From a virus, in the IMG/VR virus record IMGVR_UViG_3300045988_120048, positions 1 to 64,000 of that record: a stretch of 64,000 bases of DNA, one strand, 5' to 3'. Below are positions 35,274 to 45,597 of the stretch, in pieces. The stretch's first letter is position 1. Each line of letters begins with the position of its first letter. Both the position numbers and the translations under genes were made by a program. The notes under the pieces are model-generated. The model did no database searches and was not told the origin of the DNA. It saw only the letters and a program-made list of their open reading frames with translations.

Positions 35274-36801
35274 TGGATATAAATTATCTCATCATCGTAT
35301 GTACCCAGAGGGTACACAAATGGTTTATAGTAACTGGACTCCAAGAAGTTGCCGTTACTTTCCAGAAGCCACAGAAGGCTCTGTAGTATTTGGTATTCAG
35401 TACTTTGTAAAGAAGTATTTGATTGAGGAATTTAACAAATGGTTTGCTCTTCCTAAGGAAGAAGCTATTAAGCAATTTGCTTATCGTGTAGGTAACTTTG
35501 TAGACCTTAATCAGGTTGGAACAAAGCATATTGAGGAACTTTATGATTTAGGATATCTTCCTATTGAAATTAAAGCTCTTCCTGAGGGTTCTATCTGCCC
35601 TATAAGGGTACCTATGATGACTATTAAGAATACTCTTCCGGACTTCTTCTGGTTGACTAATTATTTGGAGACTCTGATTAGCTGCACTCTATGGCTTCCT
35701 TGTACTTCTGCAACAAGTGCTCGTCTTTATAAGAAGAGACTTATGGAACATGCTAGAAAGACTGGATTCCCGGAGGAAGTAAATCTGGGTTTCTCCTGTC
35801 ACGATTTCTCAATGAGAGGTATGGCTGGACTTGATGCCGCTATTATCTCTGGTATGGCTCACATGACTTCATTCTGTGGTAGTGAAACAATTCCTGCTAT
35901 TGAAGCAGTAGAGCACTATTACAATGCAGATGTTACTAAAGAACTTGTAGCTGCAACTGTTCCAGCAACTGAACACAGTGTAATGTGTGCAGGAGGTGAG
36001 GACGATGAGATTGAAACATATCGTCGTCTTATTAATGACCTATATCCAACAGGTATTATCTCAATAGTATCTGATACTTGGGATTTCTGGCAGGTAGTTG
36101 AGAAGTTCTTGCCTAAGCTTAAGGCAGACATTATTAAGCGTGATGGTCGAGTAGTAATTCGTCCTGATAGTGGTGATCCAGTAGATATTATTTGTGGTCT
36201 TCGTACAAATCCTCATTATCACACTGCAATGAAGGAAGGCAAGTACTACTGTGATTTCAATCCATTTATGGATGATGATGAAAGTCATTATGTAGAAGTA
36301 TCTGAAGGTCAGTACTATGGAGCATATTATATGCTAGGCAAGATCTTTGGCTGGAATACTACTGTAAACGATTATCGTTATCCAAGTACCAAGGTAGGTT
36401 TGCTCTATGGAGATTCTATCACTCTGGAGCGTCAGCGTGATATCTATGCTCGATTAGAGAACGCTCATATGGCAGCTTGTAACCTCGTTCTCGGCATTGG
36501 ATCTTATACTTATCAGTTTAAGTCTCGTGATTCTTTGGGATTTGCAGTTAAAGCAACTGCATGTACTATTAAAGGACAACTTCGAGAAATCTTTAAGCAT
36601 CCAAAGACTGATGATGGAACGAAGAACTCCCTTAAAGGTCTTATTAGAGTTGAGGAGGAGAATGGCAAGTATGTTGCTTATGATCAGCAGACTAAGGATG
36701 CAGAACTGGGAGGCTGTCTTAAAACAGTCTTTGTAAACGGAGACTTAGTAAGAGAATATTCTCTTTCTGAGATTCGAGAACGTGTAAATTCAACACTATG
36801 A
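35248..36801 (+). CDS. nadV: nicotinamide phosphoribosyltransferase (NAMPT/NadV-like)
   Basis: Size of about 517 aa and the VVIRPDSGDPVD motif characteristic of NAMPT/NAPRT-family enzymes. Confidence 0.7.
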   Translation: MREIITACDGYKLSHHRMYPEGTQMVYSNWTPRSCRYFPEATEGSVVFGIQYFVKKYLIEEFNKWFALPKEEAIKQFAYRVGNFVDLNQVGTKHIEELYDLGYLPIEIKALPEGSICPIRVPMMTIKNTLPDFFWLTNYLETLISCTLWLPCTSATSARLYKKRLMEHARKTGFPEEVNLGFSCHDFSMRGMAGLDAAIISGMAHMTSFCGSETIPAIEAVEHYYNADVTKELVAATVPATEHSVMCAGGEDDEIETYRRLINDLYPTGIISIVSDTWDFWQVVEKFLPKLKADIIKRDGRVVIRPDSGDPVDIICGLRTNPHYHTAMKEGKYYCDFNPFMDDDESHYVEVSEGQYYGAYYMLGKIFGWNTTVNDYRYPSTKVGLLYGDSITLERQRDIYARLENAHMAACNLVLGIGSYTYQFKSRDSLGFAVKATACTIKGQLREIFKHPKTDDGTKNSLKGLIRVEEENGKYVAYDQQTKDAELGGCLKTVFVNGDLVREYSLSEIRERVNSTL

Positions 36802-37229
36802 AGCACCCATTCAATCAGCAAGCCTGCTTAGATAGGCTCAAAGGGGAGTATGATAAATACGGTAAGCTGATTGTTGCCTTTGACTTTGACAACACTATAT
36901 ATGACTTCCATAATAATGGAGGTGATTATAGTGAAGTCATTGAACTTTTAAAAGAATGTATTAAACTAGAGTTTGATCTCATTCTGTTTACCGTGGATGA
37001 GGATCCTGATAAAGTATCTGAGAAGGTACGATGGCTAGTATCTAATGATTTATGGAACTACAAGAGTTCCCATTTCTTTGTTAATACTAGTCCAATATTT
37101 AGCAGATCCAGAAAACCCTATTATAATATTCTGCTTGATGATAGAGCGGGATTGGAAGAAAGTTATAACATTTTAAAACAAGTTGTAGATTATGCAAATT
37201 CTAAATTTAGTAAATTTGGAGAAGAGTGA
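36798..37229 (+). CDS. HAD-superfamily hydrolase (phosphatase)
   Basis: Motif I FDFDNTI (DxDxT). Confidence 0.5.
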   Translation: MKHPFNQQACLDRLKGEYDKYGKLIVAFDFDNTIYDFHNNGGDYSEVIELLKECIKLEFDLILFTVDEDPDKVSEKVRWLVSNDLWNYKSSHFFVNTSPIFSRSRKPYYNILLDDRAGLEESYNILKQVVDYANSKFSKFGEE

Positions 37230-38001
37230 CATTAAGTATACTCTATCCAGATTTCCAGATGGGGAAGTACAAATTTCCTTAGGAGACTTCAGTCACAAAG
37301 ACCAAATCTGTGTAAAGTGTAGAATTACTAATGCTGAGGAGTTGTTCATTGTGACTCAGGTTCTCGACATTCTTGACAGACATGATGTCTGTTATGACGT
37401 CGATATATTTTATCTTATGGGAATGAGAATGGATAGAGTCATGGACTTTAACCGCCCATTTACTCTTAAGGTAATAACAAAGATGCTTGGTAATTCTAAC
37501 GCAGAAAATATTTCTGTTTTAGAGCCTCACTCAGATGCGATATACGACTATAGATTTGGAGACAAATTTAGAGCCTTGTATCCTGAGAAACATACACGCC
37601 CAGATGGTTGGACGGTTGATTATCAGTTAGTCTTACCAGACGCTGGAGCAGTGGAGCGCTACGAATATCTTGATAAAGATCCTATATCTTGCAGCAAAGT
37701 TCGTGATACAGCTACTGGCAAAATTTTAGAGATTAAAATAGACAATTCTGAAAAACTTGATGGTAGACCATTAATGATAATTGATGATTTGTGCGATGGA
37801 GGAGGAACCTTCTGTGGAATTGCAGAATGCTTCAAAAAGATTGGAATACCTAAAGACAGACTTAACATCTCTGTAGTTCATATGGTTAATCCTAAGGGCA
37901 TTGAGAATCTATCTAAGAATTTCAATCACGTATGGTTTACTAACTCTTATAAGGACTGGGAGAATCTTCCAGAAAATGTAACAATGATTAAAGTAGTATA
38001 A
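37192..38001 (+). CDS. prs: ribose-phosphate pyrophosphokinase (PRPP synthetase)
   Basis: N-terminal RFPDGEVQISL (compare Prs RFSDGEVSVQI) and PRPP-binding loop LMIIDDLCDGGGT. Confidence 0.65.
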   Translation: MQILNLVNLEKSDIKYTLSRFPDGEVQISLGDFSHKDQICVKCRITNAEELFIVTQVLDILDRHDVCYDVDIFYLMGMRMDRVMDFNRPFTLKVITKMLGNSNAENISVLEPHSDAIYDYRFGDKFRALYPEKHTRPDGWTVDYQLVLPDAGAVERYEYLDKDPISCSKVRDTATGKILEIKIDNSEKLDGRPLMIIDDLCDGGGTFCGIAECFKKIGIPKDRLNISVVHMVNPKGIENLSKNFNHVWFTNSYKDWENLPENVTMIKVV

Positions 38002-38135
38002 TATGAAGTACAAGAAGAAACTTGAAAATCTTAAAGCGGCACAGGCATGGTGGGATAAGCTTCCAGAACGCGATAAAGCTGGTTTAACCCGCCCAGGTGG
38101 AATAAATCAGAAAACAGCTGCCTCTGCTTAAGCTT

Positions 38136-39308
38136 ATGAGGAGAGTAGTTATTGTTGGAATGGGAATATATTCCAGCATAGGCACTAATAAAAAAGAGGT
38201 TCTAGAGTCTTTACGAAAGGGCTTCTGTGGAATTGGAATGGATCCATCTAGGGAAGGGTTTAACTCTAAACTAACTGGAATCGTCCCAATTCCAGATAAA
38301 ATACCTCAGCATATTAGAAGATATATGGCTCCTCAAACCTGCTATATGTACAATGCCCTAAACGAGGCTTTAGAAGATGCTCACTTAGAATGTCCTCCTG
38401 TTAACTGTGGATTAATTATTGGAAATGATAGTAGTTCTCAGGCTACAGTAGAGGCAGTAGAGTCCTATTCTAAACTCAAAAGGACTTCTAAGTTGGGTGC
38501 AACTCATGTTTTTAAGACATTAACTTCTAATCCTACAGCTGTTCTAAGTACATACTTTAGACTAGAGGGTCCATCCTTTAGTGTTGGGGGAGCATGTGCT
38601 TCTGGAGCTCACGCAATAGGAGTTAGCTATAACTTGATTGCTGGGGGCGCTGCAGACATTATAGCTGCAGGTGGATGTCAGGAGGTTAATCCTGCTGCCA
38701 CCTTTGCCTTTGATGCTATTGGAACTTTCTCAAAATCCACTATTCCTAAAGAAGCGGTTAAGCCCTTTGATAAGAATAGAGAGGGGTTAGTTCCTAGCGG
38801 TGGCGCAGCTTGTTTAATCTTAGCAGAAATGGATTGGGCATTGGAGCAGAATCTTCAAATTTATGGGGAGATAGTTGGATATGGAGCTAATTCTTCTAAT
38901 CATCTCTCGAAGAGTGATTTGAACGCTGAATTAGAGTGTATGCAGAAAGCCCTTAGGAACTATTCTCCTAATGATGTTAGTGTAATTAGTGCCCACGCTA
39001 CTGGTACAGTTGATGGCGATCTCAGTGAAGCAGGAGCTATACTAGGATTATTTGATAAATGTAGACCCTACATAAGTGCAACCAAGGCTCTTACTGGACA
39101 CGAAATGTGGGCAGCAGGGTCTACTGAAATAGTATATTCAATATTATCTAGTAAAGCTGGCTTTGTTCCACCTAATATTAATACTGAAGATGGTTCCTAC
39201 TCCCTTAATATCCATAGAGACTTAGTAGAAGTTGAATCCCCAAAGTTCATTTTGAGTAATTCCTTTGGACTAGGCGGTACTAACAGTTCAATATTAATTA
39301 AGTTATGA
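38136..39308 (+). CDS. beta-ketoacyl-ACP synthase (KAS I/II, FabF/FabB-like)
   Basis: Active-site Cys in GGACASGAHAIG; His motifs SAHATGT and ALTGHEMWAAG; C-terminal GGTNSS. Confidence 0.8.
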   Translation: MRRVVIVGMGIYSSIGTNKKEVLESLRKGFCGIGMDPSREGFNSKLTGIVPIPDKIPQHIRRYMAPQTCYMYNALNEALEDAHLECPPVNCGLIIGNDSSSQATVEAVESYSKLKRTSKLGATHVFKTLTSNPTAVLSTYFRLEGPSFSVGGACASGAHAIGVSYNLIAGGAADIIAAGGCQEVNPAATFAFDAIGTFSKSTIPKEAVKPFDKNREGLVPSGGAACLILAEMDWALEQNLQIYGEIVGYGANSSNHLSKSDLNAELECMQKALRNYSPNDVSVISAHATGTVDGDLSEAGAILGLFDKCRPYISATKALTGHEMWAAGSTEIVYSILSSKAGFVPPNINTEDGSYSLNIHRDLVEVESPKFILSNSFGLGGTNSSILIKL

Positions 39309-39553
39309 TAGAGGAAATAATTTCTGACATAATTCACTATATTACGGAAGACATAGGATACCCTGTGCAGTTGAATGAGAACAGCAATTTAGCAGATGAT
39401 GCAGGAATGGATAGTCTAGATACGGTAGATCTCCTAGGGCACCTTGAGGCTAAGTATGATGTTAAGTTCAACGAGGAGGATCATTCTATCTTTAAGAAAA
39501 GTATTCGTGAAATAGCGAAGTATACTGATTCACTAAGAGGAAATGAAGCATAA
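39305..39553 (+). CDS. acyl carrier protein
   Basis: DAGMDSLDTVDLL phosphopantetheine-attachment motif; 82 aa acidic. Confidence 0.75.
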   Translation: MIEEIISDIIHYITEDIGYPVQLNENSNLADDAGMDSLDTVDLLGHLEAKYDVKFNEEDHSIFKKSIREIAKYTDSLRGNEA

Positions 39554-39869
39554 AATTTATCTAAAGGTTGTGAAGGGTAGATGGTATATATCATTGGGGT
39601 GTAAGGGATATAAATCTACATATGCCCTAAATAGAGCCTTATCTACATTAATTCATGGAGAGTCTGCAGAGGTTACATTCACCTCTGATAGAACAGAAAA
39701 TTCCGCTTATAAAGCTGTAGTTACCAGAAGGGATGACCTATACATTCTGGAACTTCATGACTTAGATACTGATGAATTGAAGATGTCTATAGAGCAATGT
39801 CCAAAGATATTTAACGATTTTGATATCGGTTCTGAGTTTTATATAAATTATAAGCCTAATGATAATTGA
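39543..39869 (+). CDS. hypothetical protein
   Basis: ORF track. Confidence 0.4.
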   Translation: MKHKIYLKVVKGRWYISLGCKGYKSTYALNRALSTLIHGESAEVTFTSDRTENSAYKAVVTRRDDLYILELHDLDTDELKMSIEQCPKIFNDFDIGSEFYINYKPNDN

Positions 39870-40128
39870 GGAGAAGGATTTTCGGTTAACTCCAGTTTCT
39901 GAATCTAGTCCTATGTTCGACTTAGAACTTCTGTATACAGTACGTCCTAAGGGCAAAGAGGCTAGACAGGAATTTAAGAATGTAGCCTATGGAATAAGCT
40001 TAGAGTCCGCTCTAAAGAAGGTTATTCAGTATAGAGTATCATGTAAACATGATACTACTGACTTGGCAACATATCTGAAGGACTTTAGAGAGGAATTAGA
40101 TTCACTTAAAGCACTATGCGGAATTTAA
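39859..40128 (+). CDS. hypothetical protein
   Basis: ORF track. Confidence 0.4.
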   Translation: MIIEEKDFRLTPVSESSPMFDLELLYTVRPKGKEARQEFKNVAYGISLESALKKVIQYRVSCKHDTTDLATYLKDFREELDSLKALCGI

Positions 40129-40607
40129 ATGTTCACAGCTTACAGAGATCATTAAACGATTTATGTTTGCAACTTAACAATAAATACCTTATAAACAATG
40201 GTGGATGTTGTTTTGTTGCATATTTGATTGCCTTCCATCTAGATAGGTTGGGGCTAAGATATAAGTTACTTATCTTTACAAATGAGTTGAAAGATGATAT
40301 TAGTATTTCATCTGAAATTCATTCTAAAGTTAAGAATAACTCAAGAAGGACCTCCATAGTAGGTTCGGGAACTTGTCATCATTACGCTCTATATTTAGAA
40401 GGAGGGGGAACTATAAATGTTGGAGGGTTTAATAGTCTTCCTAACAAATATCTGGTTGAAGATATAAAGTCCTCTGATATTAAATGGATTTATAGGTCTG
40501 GAAGATGGAATCCAAAGTATAATGTCCATAACAATAGAATTATTCGTAAAACTTTTAATGCATTTTTTAATGGCTACGAAGAAAGAAACGGTTTATCCAA
40601 TCACTAG
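40116..40607 (+). CDS. hypothetical protein
   Basis: ORF track. Confidence 0.4.
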   Translation: MRNLNVHSLQRSLNDLCLQLNNKYLINNGGCCFVAYLIAFHLDRLGLRYKLLIFTNELKDDISISSEIHSKVKNNSRRTSIVGSGTCHHYALYLEGGGTINVGGFNSLPNKYLVEDIKSSDIKWIYRSGRWNPKYNVHNNRIIRKTFNAFFNGYEERNGLSNH

Positions 40608-40706
40608 GACATTACTATGTCCTAGGTGTAGACAAAGGGGGAAGCATACCCTCTATGTTCCTGAGTATGCAATTTATAAATGTACAATTTGTGGTAATAT
40701 ACACGC

Positions 40707-41153
40707 ATGAAAGAAGAAAATGTTAAAAGTCCTATTAAGGCAGCCCAGGGTGATGAGGATCGCTGGGTAGATGTGCACGATGATGCACTTATGGTTGAAT
40801 TGGGTATTCACCCTCGTCCTGTAACTCCTAGAGACCCTAGTGTCTGGAGCAAGAGCAAACAGGAGAAGAAAATACTCCGAACTCTAAGATGTGCTCATAA
40901 GGGCAAGATGCATCTTGGTACCTCTCCTCGTAAGGTAATTCCTGTACGAGCTAAGCTTATTGTTCAGCTAAAGAAGAACAAACGATTCCCATATACAACA
41001 TACTCCACTATCTGTGGTATGCACCAGATAGGAGATGTTCTTAACTTTTTCCATCAGTGGGATCGTCAAAATAGAATGATGGTTAGTGTTGTAGCTAAGT
41101 ATACCTTCAATGGGAAAACGTACACGCCAAACGAACGACCATTCTGGAAGTAA
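40707..41153 (+). CDS. hypothetical protein
   Basis: ORF track. Confidence 0.4.
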   Translation: MKEENVKSPIKAAQGDEDRWVDVHDDALMVELGIHPRPVTPRDPSVWSKSKQEKKILRTLRCAHKGKMHLGTSPRKVIPVRAKLIVQLKKNKRFPYTTYSTICGMHQIGDVLNFFHQWDRQNRMMVSVVAKYTFNGKTYTPNERPFWK

Positions 41154-41429
41154 GTTTTATAAGTATGAAGGAGGGATTGTTGAACTCCTTCCTACTTTCA
41201 CGTATGAAGTAACCTTAAGTAAGTATTGGAATAATGGTTTCTGCCAACTTGGTAGTAAGTTATACAAGGCTGATAGGTTACTTCATATAAAGGATAATTG
41301 TATTGTAACAAAGTATGATGGATACAGTATCGAGAAAGAAATTTCCTTGGTAGGTGTCCCTCAAGAGTTTGTAGATGAAATGAATCTACCACTCTATGTT
41401 TCTAAACCAAATAAAAAATTAAAGAAAAA

Positions 41430-41990
41430 ATGAATAACGAAATCGTACTTAAGGACAAGTTTGTTGATTATGCTGGTAAAGAGCATCAGTTTGTAATTGC
41501 AGCTACAAAGGTTGCACTCAAGAATACTGACTCTGGTTATCCATTAGTAATGAAGATTGTTAATGGAACTGGTGAAGGACTTGGATGTGTTCAGGTAGGC
41601 TTGCAGATTGGTGTATCTATCTGTAATCCAGTAGATAAGTTCAGTGAGAAGGTGGGTGTACTTAAGGCAGTTGCTCGTGCCAAGAACTCTGAAATTGCAC
41701 TTTATGCTGCACATCCTGGACAGATGAGTGATAATCTCGTCCGTACTTATCTTGCTCAGGAAGCAGAGTATATTAAGGAGAATCCTGAGAAGTACATCAA
41801 GGGATATAATGACGCTAAGGCTCGTTTCTTGAAGCATCAGGAAATGGAGCAGGTGAAGGAGAACTTTACTGACATTGAGAAGGTTATCGTAGAAGGAGTG
41901 AAAAAGGATCCTGCTTACCTTGACAATGTACAGAAGTATCTCGACTATCTGAACAAGCAAACTAAGAAATGCGGAAAGCAGAGAAAGTAA
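41430..41990 (+). CDS. hypothetical protein
   Basis: ORF track, 186 aa. Confidence 0.45.
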   Translation: MNNEIVLKDKFVDYAGKEHQFVIAATKVALKNTDSGYPLVMKIVNGTGEGLGCVQVGLQIGVSICNPVDKFSEKVGVLKAVARAKNSEIALYAAHPGQMSDNLVRTYLAQEAEYIKENPEKYIKGYNDAKARFLKHQEMEQVKENFTDIEKVIVEGVKKDPAYLDNVQKYLDYLNKQTKKCGKQRK

Positions 41991-42167
41991 TTCTGGTTTT
42001 CTTCATATTTACTAGTTTAGCTTTAGGATATATTATATTTAAACCTGAGAAACAAGTTCAGGCTCCGGACTATTCTGAAAGAATAGATTCCTTGGAGTCT
42101 GAACTCTCCTCCATAAAGAGTAAAAGAGATTCTATAGCAGGAAGAATTGATACAACTGTAATTAAAA

Positions 42168-42572
42168 TTGAACAGAATGAAAAGAGCTACAAAGAGACTA
42201 TTAGTAACATTGTTAATAACACTACTAGCGACGACTACATCTTCTTCATCAACTATCTCAAGTGGAATAGAGAAAGATTCGACAGTATCAATAACTCCAG
42301 CCCAACTGAAGGAGACTAATCTAATCTTTGCTGAACACCATAAGTTATTAATTGAAAACCAATTACTTTCTGAGCAATTAAATAATTATAAGGAAGATAA
42401 TAAACTTCTTACAAGAGCTGATTCGGTTAGACAAGCTCAGATTAAAGTCTACAAAGATTGGAATAATTCTTTAACCAAGGATCTCAATAAGAAAAATAGA
42501 ACTCTATTTTTCTGGAAGATTGGAGGCATTATAGTTAGTTCTGGTTTATTAGTACTTCTGTTAGTAAAGTGA
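42168..42572 (+). CDS. hypothetical membrane-anchored coiled-coil protein
   Basis: ORF track; C-terminal TM segment; overlaps track ORF 41969-42319 in another frame. Confidence 0.35.
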   Translation: MNRMKRATKRLLVTLLITLLATTTSSSSTISSGIEKDSTVSITPAQLKETNLIFAEHHKLLIENQLLSEQLNNYKEDNKLLTRADSVRQAQIKVYKDWNNSLTKDLNKKNRTLFFWKIGGIIVSSGLLVLLLVK

Positions 42573-42741
42573 GCCTTATAAGGATAGAAAAAGATAAATT
42601 TGGAGTTAAATTAAAGTTTCCTAATAGGGAATGTAAGTCTTGTAGAAGGTATCCATGCTTTCGTGGAATTGAAAAGTGTTCTTCTAATTTTGCAGCCTAT
42701 GGTTGCACCTATTATAGGGAACTTAATTCTTCAAATTAATC

Positions 42742-43047
42742 ATGACTGTTCTAGCTAAATTATTGGCTAGTGAAGAGGATGCTCTTGGCTATACAACATA
42801 TGTCTTTGAGTGTCTAGATGAGGACGTGATTAAAGAAACTAGGTACATTATGTGCACTAGGTATCCAAATTGGGATCACCGTAAGATAGAGATAGGTGAG
42901 GTTGGGTTTCTAAACTTCTTTGAAGTAAAGGCTGGAGTTGATAAGTGGTTTGACGGAAATAAATTTGTCCCTTATCGCTATAGCAACATTCAGTTTATGA
43001 AGTTTGTAGAGAAACCTATTAAAAAGCCTCACAAGTTTACAATGTAA
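42742..43047 (+). CDS. hypothetical protein
   Basis: ORF track. Confidence 0.4.
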   Translation: MTVLAKLLASEEDALGYTTYVFECLDEDVIKETRYIMCTRYPNWDHRKIEIGEVGFLNFFEVKAGVDKWFDGNKFVPYRYSNIQFMKFVEKPIKKPHKFTM

Positions 43048-43091
43048 GATATAATTTAAAAAATAACAATATGAAAGACAGTAAATAAATT

Positions 43092-43961
43092 ATGACAGTA
43101 ATGAGAGACAAACTTATGGAGGCAATGGAAGCAAAGAATAATGACATTAAGTCATTTGTATGGAAACTTGCACGAAAGGCAGATGGAACTCAGGAGGAGA
43201 TTCATCTTGTTGACGCTACTCCAGAACAACTTAATCAATTCTACAAGCATTGTTTATCAATGCTTCATAGTACTGATAAGTTAAATCCTGGTAGATATGT
43301 TCTTTTGGACATTATTAGTGAGCAGCGTAAGAAGTGTAATGTTGAGCTCTTCCTTCGTAAGTTGGAGTCTGGCGAAATATGCGCAGATGGTAAACCTTAC
43401 CCTCGCCATCTGTATATTCAGGACCTTCGTGGATATATGAATAGTCATAAGGAGGATTTCCCTTCTAATGAACTAAAGAATATCTCTATTGCAGCATGCA
43501 CTGGAGGTCTTCCTAGAGAGTTTGAAAGAATCTCTATAGAGGATGTTCTTGACGGAGGCTTGGATCAACTTGGTTATTTTGATAACAAACATATAACTTT
43601 TAGTTTCATTCTTAATATGGGTGTATATCTTACTCCATCTGAAATGAAGGAGTTTGATGAAAAGGATAAGGATGGAAACACACGTAGTAAGCTTGAGGTT
43701 ATTAAGGAGCGCCTTAATATTAAGAATACTGTACGCTTAACCGTAAAGCCTACAGGTCTTAATTTCAATGAACTGCGTGCTATGGTCAACTTAAGACCTA
43801 AGAAGTATTCTGAATTGACTACTGATCAACTTATGGTGCTTCGTAATAAGGTTCTGTTCCGTTTGGAAAATGAGGTTATGTTCCACATTGACCAGTGGGA
43901 GGAGAGAATCCGTCAGCTTAAACTAGTTGCAGAAAGTCGTGGAATCACACTTGAAGACTAA
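43092..43961 (+). CDS. hypothetical protein
   Basis: ORF track, 289 aa. Confidence 0.45.
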   Translation: MTVMRDKLMEAMEAKNNDIKSFVWKLARKADGTQEEIHLVDATPEQLNQFYKHCLSMLHSTDKLNPGRYVLLDIISEQRKKCNVELFLRKLESGEICADGKPYPRHLYIQDLRGYMNSHKEDFPSNELKNISIAACTGGLPREFERISIEDVLDGGLDQLGYFDNKHITFSFILNMGVYLTPSEMKEFDEKDKDGNTRSKLEVIKERLNIKNTVRLTVKPTGLNFNELRAMVNLRPKKYSELTTDQLMVLRNKVLFRLENEVMFHIDQWEERIRQLKLVAESRGITLED

Positions 43962-44048
43962 TGGATAAGCTATCAGATTTTCTTATTAACTGTCAGAACT
44001 TCATCAATATAGATAACTATGCTATATTGTTATATGGATTGATAGAAT

Positions 44049-45329
44049 ATGCAAGAATCTTCATTTAAAAGGACTACCCGAGACGAAAGACAGGAGAAGT
44101 GTCGAGTCAAATGGGTAAAAAATAAGTGTAAGGGAACAATAGTTGCATCCACTGGTTTTGGAAAGACTAGAGTTGGACTTAACTGTATTAAGACAGTCCT
44201 GAAAAAATATCCAAGCATGAAAGTCATAGTTATAGTTCCTACTACTGCTCTAAAAGAGCAGTGGCTGGGGCTACTTGACTTTAATGGATTGTCTCTTAAT
44301 TGTGAGGTGTTAGTAATTAATACTGCTATTAAGAGATTATACAAATGTGACATTATTGTGATTGATGAAATCCATAGAGTTGCAGCAGATACATTGAAGC
44401 ATGTCTTTGAAACTGTTAATTATAAGTATATTCTTGGTTTGACAGCAACCTTTGAGAGACTTGATGGAAAACATGAGTTGCTTAAGAAATACTGTCCTGT
44501 TATTGATGAAATTACCCTTGCTGAATCAAAATTCCAAGGATGGATTTCTGACTATAAGGAATACCAAGTTATACTGGATGTTGATGATATTGCTACCTAT
44601 AAAGAAATGAATAGGGAATTTACCGAGCATTTTGAGTTCTTTAATTTCGACTGGGAGAAAGTTCTAAATTGCCTAGGACCAAGGGGGTTTATGTATCGTT
44701 CTCAATTGAGGGATGAAATGTGTCCTAATGGGACAGAAGAGCAAAGAAAACAGGTATTTAAGCAAATAACATATCACGCAACACAATTTATGCGGGTTGT
44801 ACAGTCTAGAAAAGCTTTTATTAATAATCATCCAAAAAAGATAGAAGTTGCTAGACGAATTATTCAAGCTAGACCAAATTCTAAGATTATTACTTTTTCA
44901 AATAATGTCAAGATGGCAGAATCTATAGGCATGGGAGGAAAAGTGTTTTCTGGAAAGGATAGTAAGAAGAAGGGGAGAATGACAATAGAGGAATTTAGTA
45001 CTGAAAAGACTGGAATATTACATACTATCAAAAAAGCCGATGAAGGCTTAGATGTACCAGGATTGTCAGTTGCTATTATACTTGGTCTAGATTCTTCTAA
45101 AATCCGCAAGACACAACGAATAGGACGTGTGGCTAGGAAGGAAGGTGACAAAAAGGCTGAAATATTTACGTTAGTCTTAGATCAAACTGTTGAGACAGAA
45201 TGGTTTAAGAGATCCAACAGTTCTGCAAGTGTTATTACAATTGATGAAAAAGGGTTAGATGACGTTTTAGCTGGAAAGGAACCTAGACCTTATGTTAAAC
45301 ATATTAAGGACTTTACATTTAGATATTAA
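44049..45329 (+). CDS. SF2 DNA/RNA helicase (DEAH-type; phage UvsW/RAD25-like)
   Basis: Motif I GFGKT, motif II VIDEIH, motif III LTATFER, motif VI QRIGRVAR. Confidence 0.7.
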   Translation: MQESSFKRTTRDERQEKCRVKWVKNKCKGTIVASTGFGKTRVGLNCIKTVLKKYPSMKVIVIVPTTALKEQWLGLLDFNGLSLNCEVLVINTAIKRLYKCDIIVIDEIHRVAADTLKHVFETVNYKYILGLTATFERLDGKHELLKKYCPVIDEITLAESKFQGWISDYKEYQVILDVDDIATYKEMNREFTEHFEFFNFDWEKVLNCLGPRGFMYRSQLRDEMCPNGTEEQRKQVFKQITYHATQFMRVVQSRKAFINNHPKKIEVARRIIQARPNSKIITFSNNVKMAESIGMGGKVFSGKDSKKKGRMTIEEFSTEKTGILHTIKKADEGLDVPGLSVAIILGLDSSKIRKTQRIGRVARKEGDKKAEIFTLVLDQTVETEWFKRSNSSASVITIDEKGLDDVLAGKEPRPYVKHIKDFTFRY

Positions 45330-45597
45330 TATATGATAAATGAGAAAATGAATGAACTTCTCATTCTAAGCTCCCTCTTAAGTACAATTAATACCAAGGA
45401 TATTGAATATAACGGAGAAACTAGAATGATTAAAAGAAATGACGGAACTTATTACAACGTAGACAAAATGCAAGAAAGAGCAGAAATCTTAGTTGAGGAG
45501 TTTATGAAGCCGTATGCAATTTGATTCCACCTCGAAAGAGGTCTAACTTATGTGCAGTTGTAAGATTAGTATTTTTCAATATTAACTTATAAACTGC

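Noticed and set aside
41110-42319. Overlapping track ORFs 41110-41433 and 41969-42319
   Set aside because: Each overlaps a longer neighbouring ORF in another frame (40707-41153 and 42168-42572 respectively); they may be real small genes but I cannot support them from sequence alone.
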